DNA of 50,370 nt, filler included, from Catajapyx aquilonaris (taxonomy: Eukaryota), in NCBI GenBank assembly GCA_000934665.2. It is 3 parts of 3 records of this genome, joined end to end, with 100 filler letters (N's around TTAATTAATTAA, not from the genome) between each part and the next. Parts side by side here need not be neighbours in the genome. Positions count along the whole stretch, not along the records: positions 1 to 16,734 come from JYFJ02007124.1; positions 16,835 to 33,561 come from KZ539646.1; 1 more part is not named here. One strand, written 5' to 3'. The notes beneath the pieces are model-generated. The model did not search any database. It was given only the letters and a program-made list of their open reading frames with translations, and was not told the DNA's origin. How positions within the stretch are numbered: the first letter of the stretch is position 1; each line of letters opens with the position of its first letter. Of the stretch, positions 11,918-22,737 are shown piece by piece. A program made the position numbers and the translations under genes.

Positions 11918-12440
11918 TAGGGTGTTTACGAGCTAACTTTACAAACTTCTAGGGGTAGTAGAGGGGACCAAGACGAACATATTTCACATAGGAACCCGTG
12001 TCCGGAAACGCCATCTAGAGGGGGTTCATAGACAAGGAATGGGTGCGCTCAGACGCGTCAGGCGGGCGGCATTAGTGAGCGGAACGTTTAGTTGCTAGGT
12101 GGCACGCGGATTGTACACAACTCAGCAATTCGCCATAACCTGGCAACAACAGAGTTGTTGTTGATTATCTGTGTGCTACCTAGCATGCTGACTTGAGTTG
12201 TTAGGTGGTTGTTGCCAGGTTATTGCGAATTGCGAAGTTGTGTACAATCTGCGCGCCACCTAGCAACTAAACACTCCGACTGCTAACGCCCCCCGCCTGA
12301 CGTGTCTGAGCGCACCCGTTCCTCGTCTATGAACCCCCTCTAGATGGCGTTTCCGGACACGGGTTCCTCTGTGAAATATGTTTGTCTTGGTCCCCTCTAT
12401 TACCCCTAGAAGTTTGTAAAGTTAGCTCATAAACACCCTG
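11918..12440. mobile_element. Tc1/mariner-type foldback MITE nested in the 11160-13810 element
   Basis: (T/C)AGGGTGTTTA(C/T)GAGCTAACTTTACAAACTTCTAGGGG TIRs extending more than 200 bp; inserted at a TA. Confidence 0.85.
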
Positions 12441-12716
12441 TGTAGACTATGTTGATTGGTTTTGACCACTTCCACTAACTGAAAAAAATTATCCAAAAAA
12501 AGGTCTCATTTCCATAATTTCGCGATTTTTCCCCTACCCAAGGTATTTTACAATATGGCTGAAACTTGATATGCCGTGTTACGGCATAGGTGTGTACAGC
12601 TGTGATATTTCTCAGCAAAATCCGACATGATCTAGCAACGTTTAGGCCCACTTGATTCGGAATGACACCTACATTTTGAGCATTTTGGTTTTTTAACTTC
12701 CCTGAGGTCAAAAACA

Positions 12717-13718
12717 GGAAAGTCTATCATTTATCCGCACCTAGCGACGCGGCGGGGTTGGGGCGACAGGGTGGGCTCCAAACATGTTGACTACGCTGCG
12801 CAAACATTCAGTTGCCAGGAGAGCACAACAAAGGGCGTCTTCTTACCCCCGCCATGCGAACCTATCAGATGAGTGTGGGACCACTGTGATAAGGAAGGAG
12901 GAGGCAAATTTGAATGCCATGAGGGTTACTGCAGTTTGTTAACCCAAAGAACGACATGGTGTAACACCAGCCGTCTTTTCTGAGCATGTGCAGTAGTATG
13001 TCTGCTGAGTGAGTCGTGGACATGATTGGAGGGGAAAGCCTGGTGGCAGTGGGCGGATCGTGACGTCATGTCGTTCGTTGATTTAACGGACTGTGTGAAG
13101 GTAAACTTCATGCTTGGCAAAGCCACAGTAACGTTCGTTGGCCTGCAGCGCACAATGAGGACCGCATTGTAGGCGTATACAAACCCACAATAATTATGTG
13201 CCCAGCTCCGCTATCGCTCTGCGAAAACTAAAAATATCTCACACAGGCGATGTACTGTGCCTGGCAGAGCCACAGCAATGGACAGTACTGTTGCGGTAAC
13301 AAAAAGCCATACAGCATCACCAACACAAGGGCTATTCCATCCTATAATCCCCTCAAAATCTTCTGAAGATACTGTTTCCTAATTGATTCAGCGAATGGGC
13401 TGTATACTTGACATAATCCTCCTTGGCACATCGAGAAAAATTCCCAGGTGTTCATGTCAGTAGTTGGTCATGAACACACTCCCTCACAACCTGGCAACCT
13501 ATTCGAACACAGTCTATCAAGACGTGTGAGCCAGAAAGAAAGGCTACTGTGGTTTCCCAAGACATAGCAACCACGATAGCAACCGTGAAGGCATTCGAAT
13601 TTGACAACAATATCAAGACACTCGATTGTTTGCGACGCACCGTTGCCAACTGTTGGGAGGCCCCCGCCCGCCCAACCCCGACTGCGTTGTTAAGGTGCAC
13701 ATAAACTGTAGCCTTGCC
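12717..13718. mobile_element. Non-autonomous DNA transposon with GG..CC ends and 8-bp TSD (Merlin-like)
   Basis: TSD CAAAAACA at 12709-12716 and 13719-13726; degenerate TIRs of about 100 bp. Confidence 0.65.
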
Positions 13719-13886
13719 CAAAAACAAATTCCAGACAAAATGAATGGCCATTATGAGTTACGAGTGACCTAAGGAACATGAAAATAGTGATGAATTTCCA
13801 TGGACAAATATCGTGTTGCAGTGTTATGGAAGTGTTAAAAGCAGATATTTTTGTTTTTTTCACAGTGCATCTCTTCAATTCATTTA

Positions 13887-14188
13887 GGCTATTTTCACAC
13901 GAGGCCACCATGGACGCGCTGCCAAGGCGGTGGCGCCACATCTTTGCAATGCTGCAAGTGGAGCCTTTCACACGTGGTGGTTGGCAGCTCTGCCCACACG
14001 CCACCAGAAATGCTGGTGGCAGACAGGGCGACTTTCAGCGCTGCTAGCCTCTGCCAGTGGCCGCACTGACACTTGTTTGCATTGAATCATATGAAGCCTT
14101 TCACACGAGACACGATTTTTCTTGCGGCCAGCAGTGCCGCCTAATTTATGCAGCAGCGCTGCCATGGTGGCCTCATGTGCAAATAGCC
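13887..14188. mobile_element. PIF/Harbinger-type MITE
   Basis: GGCTATTTTCACACGAGGCCACCATGG ... CCATGGTGGCCTCATGTGCAAATAGCC with TTA TSD. Confidence 0.85.
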
Positions 14189-14246
14189 TTACTGTCATCT
14201 TTATGTAGCAACAAGCAATGTGAACTGCAAAAATTATTCCTTTCAA

Positions 14247-14444
14247 GGCACTTTTCCGTTTGCTGATACCCACTATGCATATTTTCTGGAACAGGCCTAC
14301 CCTTTATTGTTACTCCACTGAAATGCAGTCATTGTTGACACTGTTTACTCCATGAAAATGTGAAATATGGGATTGTTGACTATAACAATGGGTAGGCCTG
14401 TTCCAGAAAATATGCATAGTGGGCATCAGCAAATGGAAAGTACC
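14247..14444. mobile_element. Short MITE / inverted repeat
   Basis: About 60-bp arms (TTTCCGTTTGCTGATACCCACTATGCATATTTTCTGGAACAGGCCTACCC and its reverse complement); TSD unclear. Confidence 0.7.
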
Positions 14445-14949
14445 CTTTCTTCTACTCACGGAGGTCAATCACCATGCAGGGTCAAAGAGGAAAGCGAGTA
14501 CCGATATATCTCCAAAACGGGGCACACTAATTTGACCTGCACACTTCCACCACAGTAGCTCCCAATTAGCAATTTTGCTTAGTGAGTGGCCGTCACCACC
14601 CAACATGCTTTACCCTCTGACTACAAACTACATTAAATGGTCTGCCCTACTTCAGGATGATGATACCAGTTCTAACTATTACTCCATGTTGTCAACACAT
14701 CTTGACCCATTAATTTTCCCTATCAGTTACATTGTCTTACATTTAGGTATCACAGAACACCATAATCACTTTTTCTTTCTTTCTTTCTTTCTTTCTTTTC
14801 TTTTCTTTTTGTTCCATGCCACATTTTTACATCCAGGATGGACCAACACTTCATAACAACACACTGCATTACAATTCTTTGCCTTACTCACATGCAAAGG
14901 CACGAATCAAGTTCTCGCGAGTAAGCTCAGCAGGGTCATCGAACGTTCG

Positions 14950-15596
14950 TACCTGCGGCCCAATCTCCCGCTTAAAACCTACCCCAACGTTATATCCGCA
15001 ACATGAACACGATATCTCCGGTCGACCACCTAAACCCATCAGTCCCTTCCTCACTTACTGCAACAACCTTTGAAGGAACACCATACTTACGACGATAATC
15101 CGTCTGCGACGGAAGCCAAGATGCTGCACCACTCGACCGACCTGCGAGCGGCCTTCGGGCGAACACCGATGAAACAACCAACGCTACTGTCTTTTGTTTC
15201 CGATGGCGTGAGAAGGGAGGGCCAAGCAAAAGTTCTTCGAAAGATCTTACCAACTCCAAGTCAAATCTTGAAACACATTTGCCTCACACGAACAGGCCCG
15301 CACTCGTTTTAGGTCCGCCTTTACAATAGAGCAGGACGGAACGAAATGACACCAACAGCGTACCAGAGCGAGCTGTGGCCTGTGGGAGCTGTGCACACGG
15401 ACGAAATTATCTGGCACTCCGGTCGCACTACGCTAATCCGTATCTTGCCAAATTTACATACACACTACACATAATTAACACAATTCATCCTTAAACTCGG
15501 GAGTACCATAATTTATTAAAACAAATTCAATAAATGAGAGAGTGTGTTGTTATGGCTACTTCTGGCAACTCTGCCAAACACTTAAAAGGCAAAAAT
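14950..15596. promoter_or_regulatory. Probable bidirectional promoter and YLPM1 non-coding first exon region
   Basis: CpG-rich, repeat-free stretch with several minus-strand donor-like sites (GTACGA about 14952, GTAAGT about 15058 and 15090, GTAAGA about 15250), immediately upstream of a divergent ATG at 15597. Confidence 0.55.
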
Positions 15597-15808
15597 ATGG
15601 CGGCGCCCTTTCGGGTTATACTAAATTCCATGTGGTGTAAGCCTTTTCTTTCTCTCAAACCGTTTCCGTTCAGGCGATTGGCTTTACAAGGAGGACCCAG
15701 ACACTTCGTACGTTCGGCTACAAAATTTAGCTCTGAGAAGATGACACCTCGCAGCTCATGGCCAGCCAGACTTGTTGCTACTGGATTTTTGTTCGGTTTG
15801 CTTCCCAG
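15597..15808 (+). CDS. First coding exon of an unidentified, probably mitochondrially targeted protein
   Basis: AAAATATGGCGGCG start context. MAAPFRVILNSMWCKPFLSLKPFPFRRLALQGGPRHFVRSATKF... is Arg/Leu/Ser-rich and almost acid-free, like a presequence. Donor candidates CAG|GTCAGG (15809) or CAG|GTATTG (15814). Later exons not traced before the contig end. Confidence 0.6.
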
Positions 15809-16096
15809 GTCAGGTATTGGTGTATTTTAGAGGATCTTGCCACATATGTGGTATATATGACTGGAACTTGAGTACTGGGACCATAATAGTGACAATTACT
15901 TTCAGCATTGAAAATAATTATATAGGCTAGTGACTGGAATGAGAAAATTCTCGTGATAGGGGAACTGTGCTATTAAAGAATACCTTTCCTCCTGTATGTT
16001 TCAGTGGCAAGCTGATGCAAAGAATAGAGCATAACAGGGTGAAAGCCACTGCTCACTCCTGCCACCCATCACAGATACCCGAAGTCTGTATCCTAA

Positions 16097-16309
16097 AGGC
16101 CGGTATCGACATAAAAGTTTCTCGGGCACGAGTCCTCTTGAGCGAGGAATCTTGTCCATCGAGACGGACTCTATGTCGCCTCAGGGCCCCTCTGGTCCCT
16201 CGGAAAGGGGATTAAAGTAGAAAATTTTCTATTCTTTCTCGTTCCTCTGATCCGGGCATGCACAGTTGCTCCTATTGCACAAGAAAACTTTTACGCCGTA
16301 TATGGCCGT
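16097..16309. mobile_element. Degenerate PIF/Harbinger-type MITE
   Basis: TAA-AGGCCGGTATCGACATAAAAGTTT ... AAACTTTTACGCCGTATATGGCCGT-TAA. Confidence 0.6.
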
Positions 16310-16480
16310 TAAGCCAATAAGAGGCTCTACCTACCCTCTACAAGATGCGGAGTTGTTTTGTTTTGTGGGATTTGTTATGTTATGGTGTTCAGCTATCGTA
16401 GTGGGTGGCATGCATAAGGTGGTGGCATTGGGAACTGCCATTTTAAGATAAACAGACAACATACAGTAGGCTACAGCTAA

Positions 16481-16625
16481 CCGAAGCAGGTTGGCATAGT
16501 GGATAGGGCGTCCGACTGCTAATCGGGAGGTCCTGGGTTCGAATCCCGGGGCCGGAAACCCTGACCGTGGTTTTCTGTGGTTTTCCACGGTGTTCCTAGG
16601 ATAATTCCGGGGTCGCTTCCGTATA
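16481..16625 (+). mobile_element. SINE family B, 3'-truncated copy
   Basis: Near-identical to the head of the 17085 copy (CCGAAGCAGGTTGGCATAGTGGATA...GGGTTCGAATCCCGGGGCCGG). Confidence 0.85.
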
Positions 16626-16734
16626 ACACAGCGCAACAAAAAAAACTTTCGGCGTGTTACTCGGAAACCACTATGCACATCATGTTAGTAGGACCCAAAG
16701 TAGCTGGGAAACGCCCGGGATTTCTCTCCCAAAA

Positions 16735-16834
16735 NNNNNNNNNNNNNNNNNNNNNNNNNNNNNNNNNNNNNNNNNNNNTTAATTAATTAANNNNNNNNNN
16801 NNNNNNNNNNNNNNNNNNNNNNNNNNNNNNNNNN
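16735..16834. other. Artificial contig linker
   Basis: N44 + TTAATTAATTAA (stops in all six frames) + N44. Confidence 0.95.
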
Positions 16835-17084
16835 TACGGTAGAGTTCTGATACACCCTGTGTATATATATAGTCTAGACGTGTCTTTCTCTCACTCTCAG
16901 TTCCAGTTGGCTTGGTTAACGGTGCCAGTGTTACATACCACCCCTATTAGCCACGAAAAGTTAAATCTGTAAAAATTAAATCCACGTGCAATCAAGTTCA
17001 CCGGAAGTCCTTTAAAGATGACGACAGCATTGCATTTGTCACTAATAATTTTAGCAATTCTTTGAGCATAATATAATTATTGCA

Positions 17085-17386
17085 CCGAAGCAGGTTGGCA
17101 TAGTGGATAATGCCTCCGACTGCTAATCGGGAGGTCCTGGGTTCAAATCCCGGGGCCGGAAACTCTGACCGTGGTTTTCTGTGGTTTCCCACGGTCCTTC
17201 CAGGAAAATTCCGGAGTTGCTTCCGTAATTAATAGGCCACAGCCGCTTCCTTCCGTCCCTATCTTATCCCAAAAAGCGCAGTAAAAATGAAAGCAAAGAG
17301 TTCCAGGCAAAACAAAAAACTTCCCCCCTAAAGACCCGATAGGCTGATAACGGGGTATGATTATAATATTAATAATAATAATAATA
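17085..17386 (+). mobile_element. SINE family B, full length
   Basis: tRNA-like head, (ATA)n tail, and TSD ATAATATAATTATTGC at 17068-17083 and 17387-17402. Confidence 0.9.
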
Positions 17387-17526
17387 ATAATATAATTATT
17401 GCCTAATGATCTCGTTGATCTGTGTAGACAGACAATAATATTAAACAATGAGATAACAATGCATTTTTCTGCGTTGCTGCTATGATCGCATCAGGTGTCT
17501 TCACTATTGCAAGCAGCACTCGATAC

Positions 17527-19061
17527 CTGTCGTTGAATGGATCCCAGGATACTGGAGAAAGCAACCAGGGAAGATGCCCATGCAATGACGGCAACCAGCT
17601 CTAACCCAAAAAAATATGGGCGGTCCCGTGAAAATCATAAGCAAATAAAAGAGGTCGACTGTGCTCCACATCACAAAAATGAGAAATGTCGTCATGATGA
17701 ATATTCCATAGATGCTGTCCATCATGTCCACCAGGAGACCAAGCTCGTGATACAAATCAGCGAAATGCCTAATGTTCCGGATCATGTTCACATCATTCTG
17801 CACCTCTTCTGTTGACGTGCAGAGTAAACGACACATACTGATCACTTCATTGATGAAATCTTCGAGGCGCGACAGGTGAACGAGCACCAAAAATGTCAAT
17901 TGAATTGGAATCACTGCCAGCAGGAATGTGCAGTGCCAATACAAAAACTCGGAGATTAATTCCGTGATATCCAATGGTCCTGGTTTCCGTATTAAACCGG
18001 CAATCACCCCCGCCTCACGTAATAGGGGAAGAGAAGCGCAAAAGATCACCAGCAGCAGGATTGCATACCTTTGCACCGTCTTCTTCTGCCATTTTATGTT
18101 CTGCTGTGAAAACCGTATAATCAACTTCCAGATGGCAGGCACTCTCTTTTGGATCACTTGGATCACTTTTGGATCACTTTGGATCCCTTTTGGACCTTTT
18201 TGGATCCCTTTTGGACCTTTTTGGATCCCTTTTGGACCCTTTTGGATCACTTTGGATCACTTTTGGCAACTCTCTTTTGGATCACAATGTAGTTAATCAA
18301 TGGACCTATAATCATGCTGTTCTGCTGTGAAATAATATAATCATGCTGTTCTGCTGTGAAAACCGTATAATCAACTTCCAGATGGCAGGCACTCTCTTTT
18401 GGATCACTTGGATCACTTTGGATCACTTTTGGCACACTTTTGGATCACTTGGATCACTTTGGATCACTTTTGGCAACTCTCTTTTGGATCACTTTTGGCA
18501 ACTCTCTTTTGGATCACAATGTAGTTAATCAATTGACCTATAATCATGCTGTTCTGCTGTGAAAACCGTATAATCAACTTCCAGATGGCAGGCACTCTCT
18601 TTTGGATCACTTGGATCACTTTTGGATCACTTTGGATCCCTTTTGGACCTTTTTGGATCCCTTTTGGACCCTTTTGGATCACTTTGGATCACTTTTGGCA
18701 ACTCTCTTTTGGATCACAATGTAGTTAATCAATGGACCTATAATCATAACCAATGCCGATGTTGCCAATGAAACTCGTTGCGCTGGACTTTTCCATTGTC
18801 CCCCAGCAGTCCAGTTCAGTGGTGGCTTACACGCAAGTAGAGCAATGTACATAAGAAGTAATGCAAAATGAACCATTGTTGGCCACCGTCTGTACCACTT
18901 CCCTCTCAAGTGTTCCTTTTTTTTGGCCAAGGAAAAGGAGCGATTCCTCCGACCACTGACAAGATGGCCACTGGTCTCAGCACCTCCCAAAATGCATTTT
19001 CACTCTTAGAATCGTCTTTTGCATTTTGGGCCTCATCCACCGCAATCGCAATTGTCGACAT
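17527..19061 (-). pseudogene. Gustatory receptor pseudogene GR-a (exon 1 only), close paralog of GR-b
   Basis: MSTIAIAVDE...FWEVLRPVAILSVVGGIAPFPWP ... KWYRRWPTMVHFALL ... LGSIQRQ|gtatcg. Lesions: 1-nt loss in an 8-nt homopolymer (18917-18924), a 560-bp insertion (18158-18717) and a 1-nt gain in a 7-nt homopolymer (17608-17614). Exons 2-4 not found on the contig. Confidence 0.85.
18099..18745. repeat. Composite minisatellite / tandem duplication built from GR-a coding sequence
   Basis: Arrays of (T)nGGATCAC, (T)nGGATCCC and (T)nGGACC interleaved with three copies each of two flanking coding segments. Confidence 0.9.
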
Positions 19062-20179
19062 GACTCTTGAAAATAGTGACCAACTTTTGCAGCACCTTTT
19101 ATATTATCGTCAGACTGTAACTTTTCACTTATTGGTTCAAGAGTGGCGAGAATATGTCCAACTATTTAGTTCACCTTCAGACCACATAAATGCATAACAA
19201 CTGTTGCAATATGCTTTTAATGTCGATCTATTGGTTTTGTCGAGATCAATTATTCAGGCTGCGTCACCCTTGGCGTCACCTGTCCCTTCCGGTGTCCATG
19301 AGGTGAAGAGTGGCCGCGTGGACCACCAGAGGAGACAAGGTGCCACTTCTATCTCCATGGCTCGACTTGGCTGCTCCTATTGATTCCTTGGTTTTTTATA
19401 TCAATTGCCCGAAACATTTTGCGCCAAGTAACTCTACATAAACTTGGTATTTATTACTGTTTCTTACTCTGAAATTAACAGTGCATCAATAACCAAGCGG
19501 CCGATTTAATCCCTCTTTACTAGCCCAATTACCAGAAAGGAGGACCATGTAGGCCAAAATGACGAATATTATGCAGTCCAAAATGTTAAATTAGGCCAAG
19601 GCTGCGTGCGAGCTTTCGCGTGGAATGGTTAAAATATATTGCTGACATTGACAGTGTAATGCCCCATTTATCGTACTTTAAGTGGCACAAAATTTGCTCA
19701 CTCGGCCGCAAGTGAATCCATTTAGAATAAATATTTTAAGAAAATCACTGCGTTACCATGGCTTGAAAACGCTGAACGTCTATTTTGCATGTCACGTCCC
19801 CCATCATTACACTAAACAGTGTAAGGAGCGGTTTAATTTTGGTCCTATTTTACCCCTTCCCCCTTCCCACCCTTCCCAAATTGCAGGGGTTAATGGACTT
19901 CATCTGCCAAAATAATGATGATTGTATGTGATGTGCATGTAAGTAGGATGGCATGTGACGAACTGACCTTGGCTAGTTTGACATGGTCGGTTCGGTACTG
20001 GACTCGTATGCACGTTGATCAATGTTCTGAGAATGTGAGCGCCTAACCAGTCAACGAGCAATGCAGGCATGTACGACGGTATCCACACAGGTCAGGATAC
20101 ACAGAAAAAATTATAATATGTCGTCCATGGATGTGGTCATTGCACTGCTCATCGCCAGAATAGTTCTGTGATGTCACCC

Positions 20180-21671
20180 TCAAGGAGTTATCCATGCGGC
20201 AGTTGTGTTGGCCTCAGTAGCTGGGCCATCATCCTCCGAATTTTCACCAACTCTGAACTGAGCGAGGACTATCAGGTACGTCGTCACAGCACCCGCCACC
20301 TTCAAATAATACATGTTTGAATAACATTGTAGTTGTCCTATGATTACACATAAGCACAACTACTCACGGAGGTCAACAGGCCGCGATTGACCATGAAGTA
20401 ACTGGCAGCAGTTATTTCCATGGGAGGACCTATCATATTCCAGATTAGTGATTCAATCTGAAATTTAAAAAATGATGAATGAGAGGTACTACTGCAAAAC
20501 AAGTACACTTACATCTGACTTGATGCGTGGATCAGTCACTTCACGATTCGCTCTAATCAGATGGGGAAGCGACTTGGTGCTCTGAAAAGCAAATGGTTTT
20601 ACTAACATTCATATTAGTAAATTTTACTCAGACTGTAATCAAGTTGACCAGGACCTCTTTAAACACATTATTTTCTGCAAAAGTCTGTACCTGCTTTTGA
20701 ATGGATCCCAGGAAACTAGAGAATACAACCAAGGAAGATGCTGCTGCAAAGACGGCAACCAGCCCAAATCCGGTTTCAATGGGCTCTTCTGTGGAAATCG
20801 TAAACAAAAAAAATAGAAAACTGGTGCTCCATATCACAGATATGAGAAAGGTCGTCTTGATAAATATGCCGTAAGTGTCGTCCATCATGTGCACCAACAG
20901 ACCCAGTTCGTGATGCAGATCAGCGAAATATCTCATATTTCGGATCATGTTCATCCCATTCTGTGCATCTTCAGTGGACGTGCAGAGCAAATGGCACATT
21001 CTGATCACTTCGTTGTTGAAATCCTCGAGGCGCGAGAGGATAACGAGGACCAAAAATGTCAACTGAATTGGAATCACCGCCAGAATGAAGATGTAGTGTA
21101 AATAGGGGAGAACGTTCATTAAATCTGTCATATCAAGTGGTTCTGGCTCGGATTCTGGTTCCTGGACAAGGCTGACAATCGTGTCAGCCTCAAGTAACAG
21201 GGGTAGGGAAACACAAGTGATCACCAACAGGATTGCATACTTTCGCAGCTTCTTCTGACGCTTCACGTTCTGCCGTGAAAATCGATGAATCAACTTCCAA
21301 ATGGCAGGCACTCTATTTTGGATCATAATGAAGTTAATCCAAGGACCAACTATCAAAACCGATTCGTATATTGTCTCCGAGACTGTTTCCGTTGTACTCT
21401 CCCATTTGCCCTCAGAAGTCCATCCGTTTGGTTGTTCACACACAAGTACAGCTATGTAAGTGGCAAGTAATGCAAAATGAACCATTGCTGGCCATCGTCT
21501 GTACCACTTCCCTACCAAGTCTTTCTTTTCCTTGGGCCACGGAAAAGGAGCGATTCCTCCGACCACTGACAAGATGGCCACTGGTCTCAACACTTCCCAA
21601 AATGTACGTCCATTTTTTGAATCCTCTTTTGTATTCTGGTCCTCCTCGATCGGAATCTCTACTGTCGACAT
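20180..21671 (-). CDS. Gustatory receptor GR-b, intact, 419 aa; exons 21671-20691, 20581-20513, 20457-20368, 20299-20180
   Basis: Long multi-TM first exon followed by three phase-0 GT-AG introns. Exon 3 is IESLIWNMIGPPMEITAASYFMVNRGLLTS. The last exon VAGAVTTYLIVLAQF carries the TYhhhhhQF signature of the arthropod GR family. Confidence 0.92.
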
Positions 21672-22737
21672 TCCTCTCAACATTTTTGAAAAAACGTTGT
21701 TGAAGCTCTTGAATTGTCAGCCAGTACCCTTCCACTGATTGGTCCTGGAGTGGCAGAAATATGTGGAAGCAACACCTTCAGAGCACAAAATGGCAGGACT
21801 CTCACATGCGATAGGCTTTTCATGTTGGTATGTTAGTCTCCTCGAGATCAATGTATGGCGTGGGTACAATGTGTCTAGTTATTTGAGAAGCATAATAAAT
21901 CCAATAACAGGGCGTTGTTCACAATTCCTGTTTCTTCGCTGCCATGCAACTGATGTTGCGTAATGCAGACACTGAACTTGTGTATGTTTCCTAATCGCGT
22001 CGTGTCAAAAACACGTCAATTATTACGAAAAAACTTTGTTTTTTTCTCGAATTTTTGATACACCAAGTGTCTACTGTTCAGGTTCTAAAATATGAAATCA
22101 AAGTATGTTTCCATTTTTTGGTGCCCGTAATTTAATAGTAAGAGGTTATCCTGTCTGGCTTAGTACAGAATGGTGTTAAAATCATTCATATTGAAATTGC
22201 AATATACATATCACATTTATCCCCAATTTATTTGAAAATGGTCTTCCTTCCTTTAGCATCGATACCCAACTGGCTCTCACGTCATGGCACGCAGAACCTA
22301 GAGCGACAAGGTGTAGGATACGCCCAGAAGACATACACAATTAATTGTGGCTGTCAATAACTTGTATTGTCATAGCGGGCAGGGTTCGTCGTTATTACTT
22401 TCAATGATTCTGAAATGTATACGTGGTGCAAAATGGAAAAAAAAAGGAAAGGTGCTGGCGGCAATTTGCATGCAGAAATCACAAGTCAACCCTATGCAAA
22501 GACGTGAAGTTAGAATGCATTTTATTGCTTATATCCTGGAAATGAAAATTATGATTATACTAGTCAGATAGACATCATCATTTGCTAAGTGGGAGATGCG
22601 AACATTCTCTGTGTCAAAAAAATTAATTAGTACAATAAAAGTTCTTTAATTACGCCGCTCAAAATGATAGTATTTACTTGGTAAGGTGAGCGTGTGTTGT
22701 TAGAGCCAAATAGGGCTGTAATTGTTGTAGTATTTTC

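Larger units (their letters stand above)
11160..13810. mobile_element. Large foldback element carrying two nested insertions in its right arm
   Basis: The left arm TGTCCATGGAAATTCATC...GGTCACTCGTAACTCATAATG is mirrored at 13720-13807. Inner arms mirror 11245-11640 against 11810-11917 plus 12441-12716. A short relative lies at 22845-23045. Confidence 0.8.

Noticed and set aside
15967..16215. Second exon of the plus-strand gene
   Set aside because: A tttcag acceptor exists at about 16005, but the frame runs into a Harbinger MITE and the peptide is unrecognisable; not supportable.
16779..16790. TTAATTAATTAA as a biological motif (also 33606-33617)
   Set aside because: It is a six-frame-stop linker centred in N runs.
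18158..18717. The 560-bp insertion as a newly gained intron that would rescue GR-a
   Set aside because: I found no GT..AG pair at the duplicated ends that restores the original reading frame, and other lesions are present.
18099..18745. CRISPR-like array or a repeat protein (IQKGPKG repeats in the ORF track)
   Set aside because: The units are irregular, have no unique spacers and derive from the surrounding GR exon; the context is eukaryotic with no cas genes.
19500..19895. piggyBac-like element between GR-a and GR-b
   Set aside because: A GGGGTTAA right end is present, but the left end matches too poorly to call.
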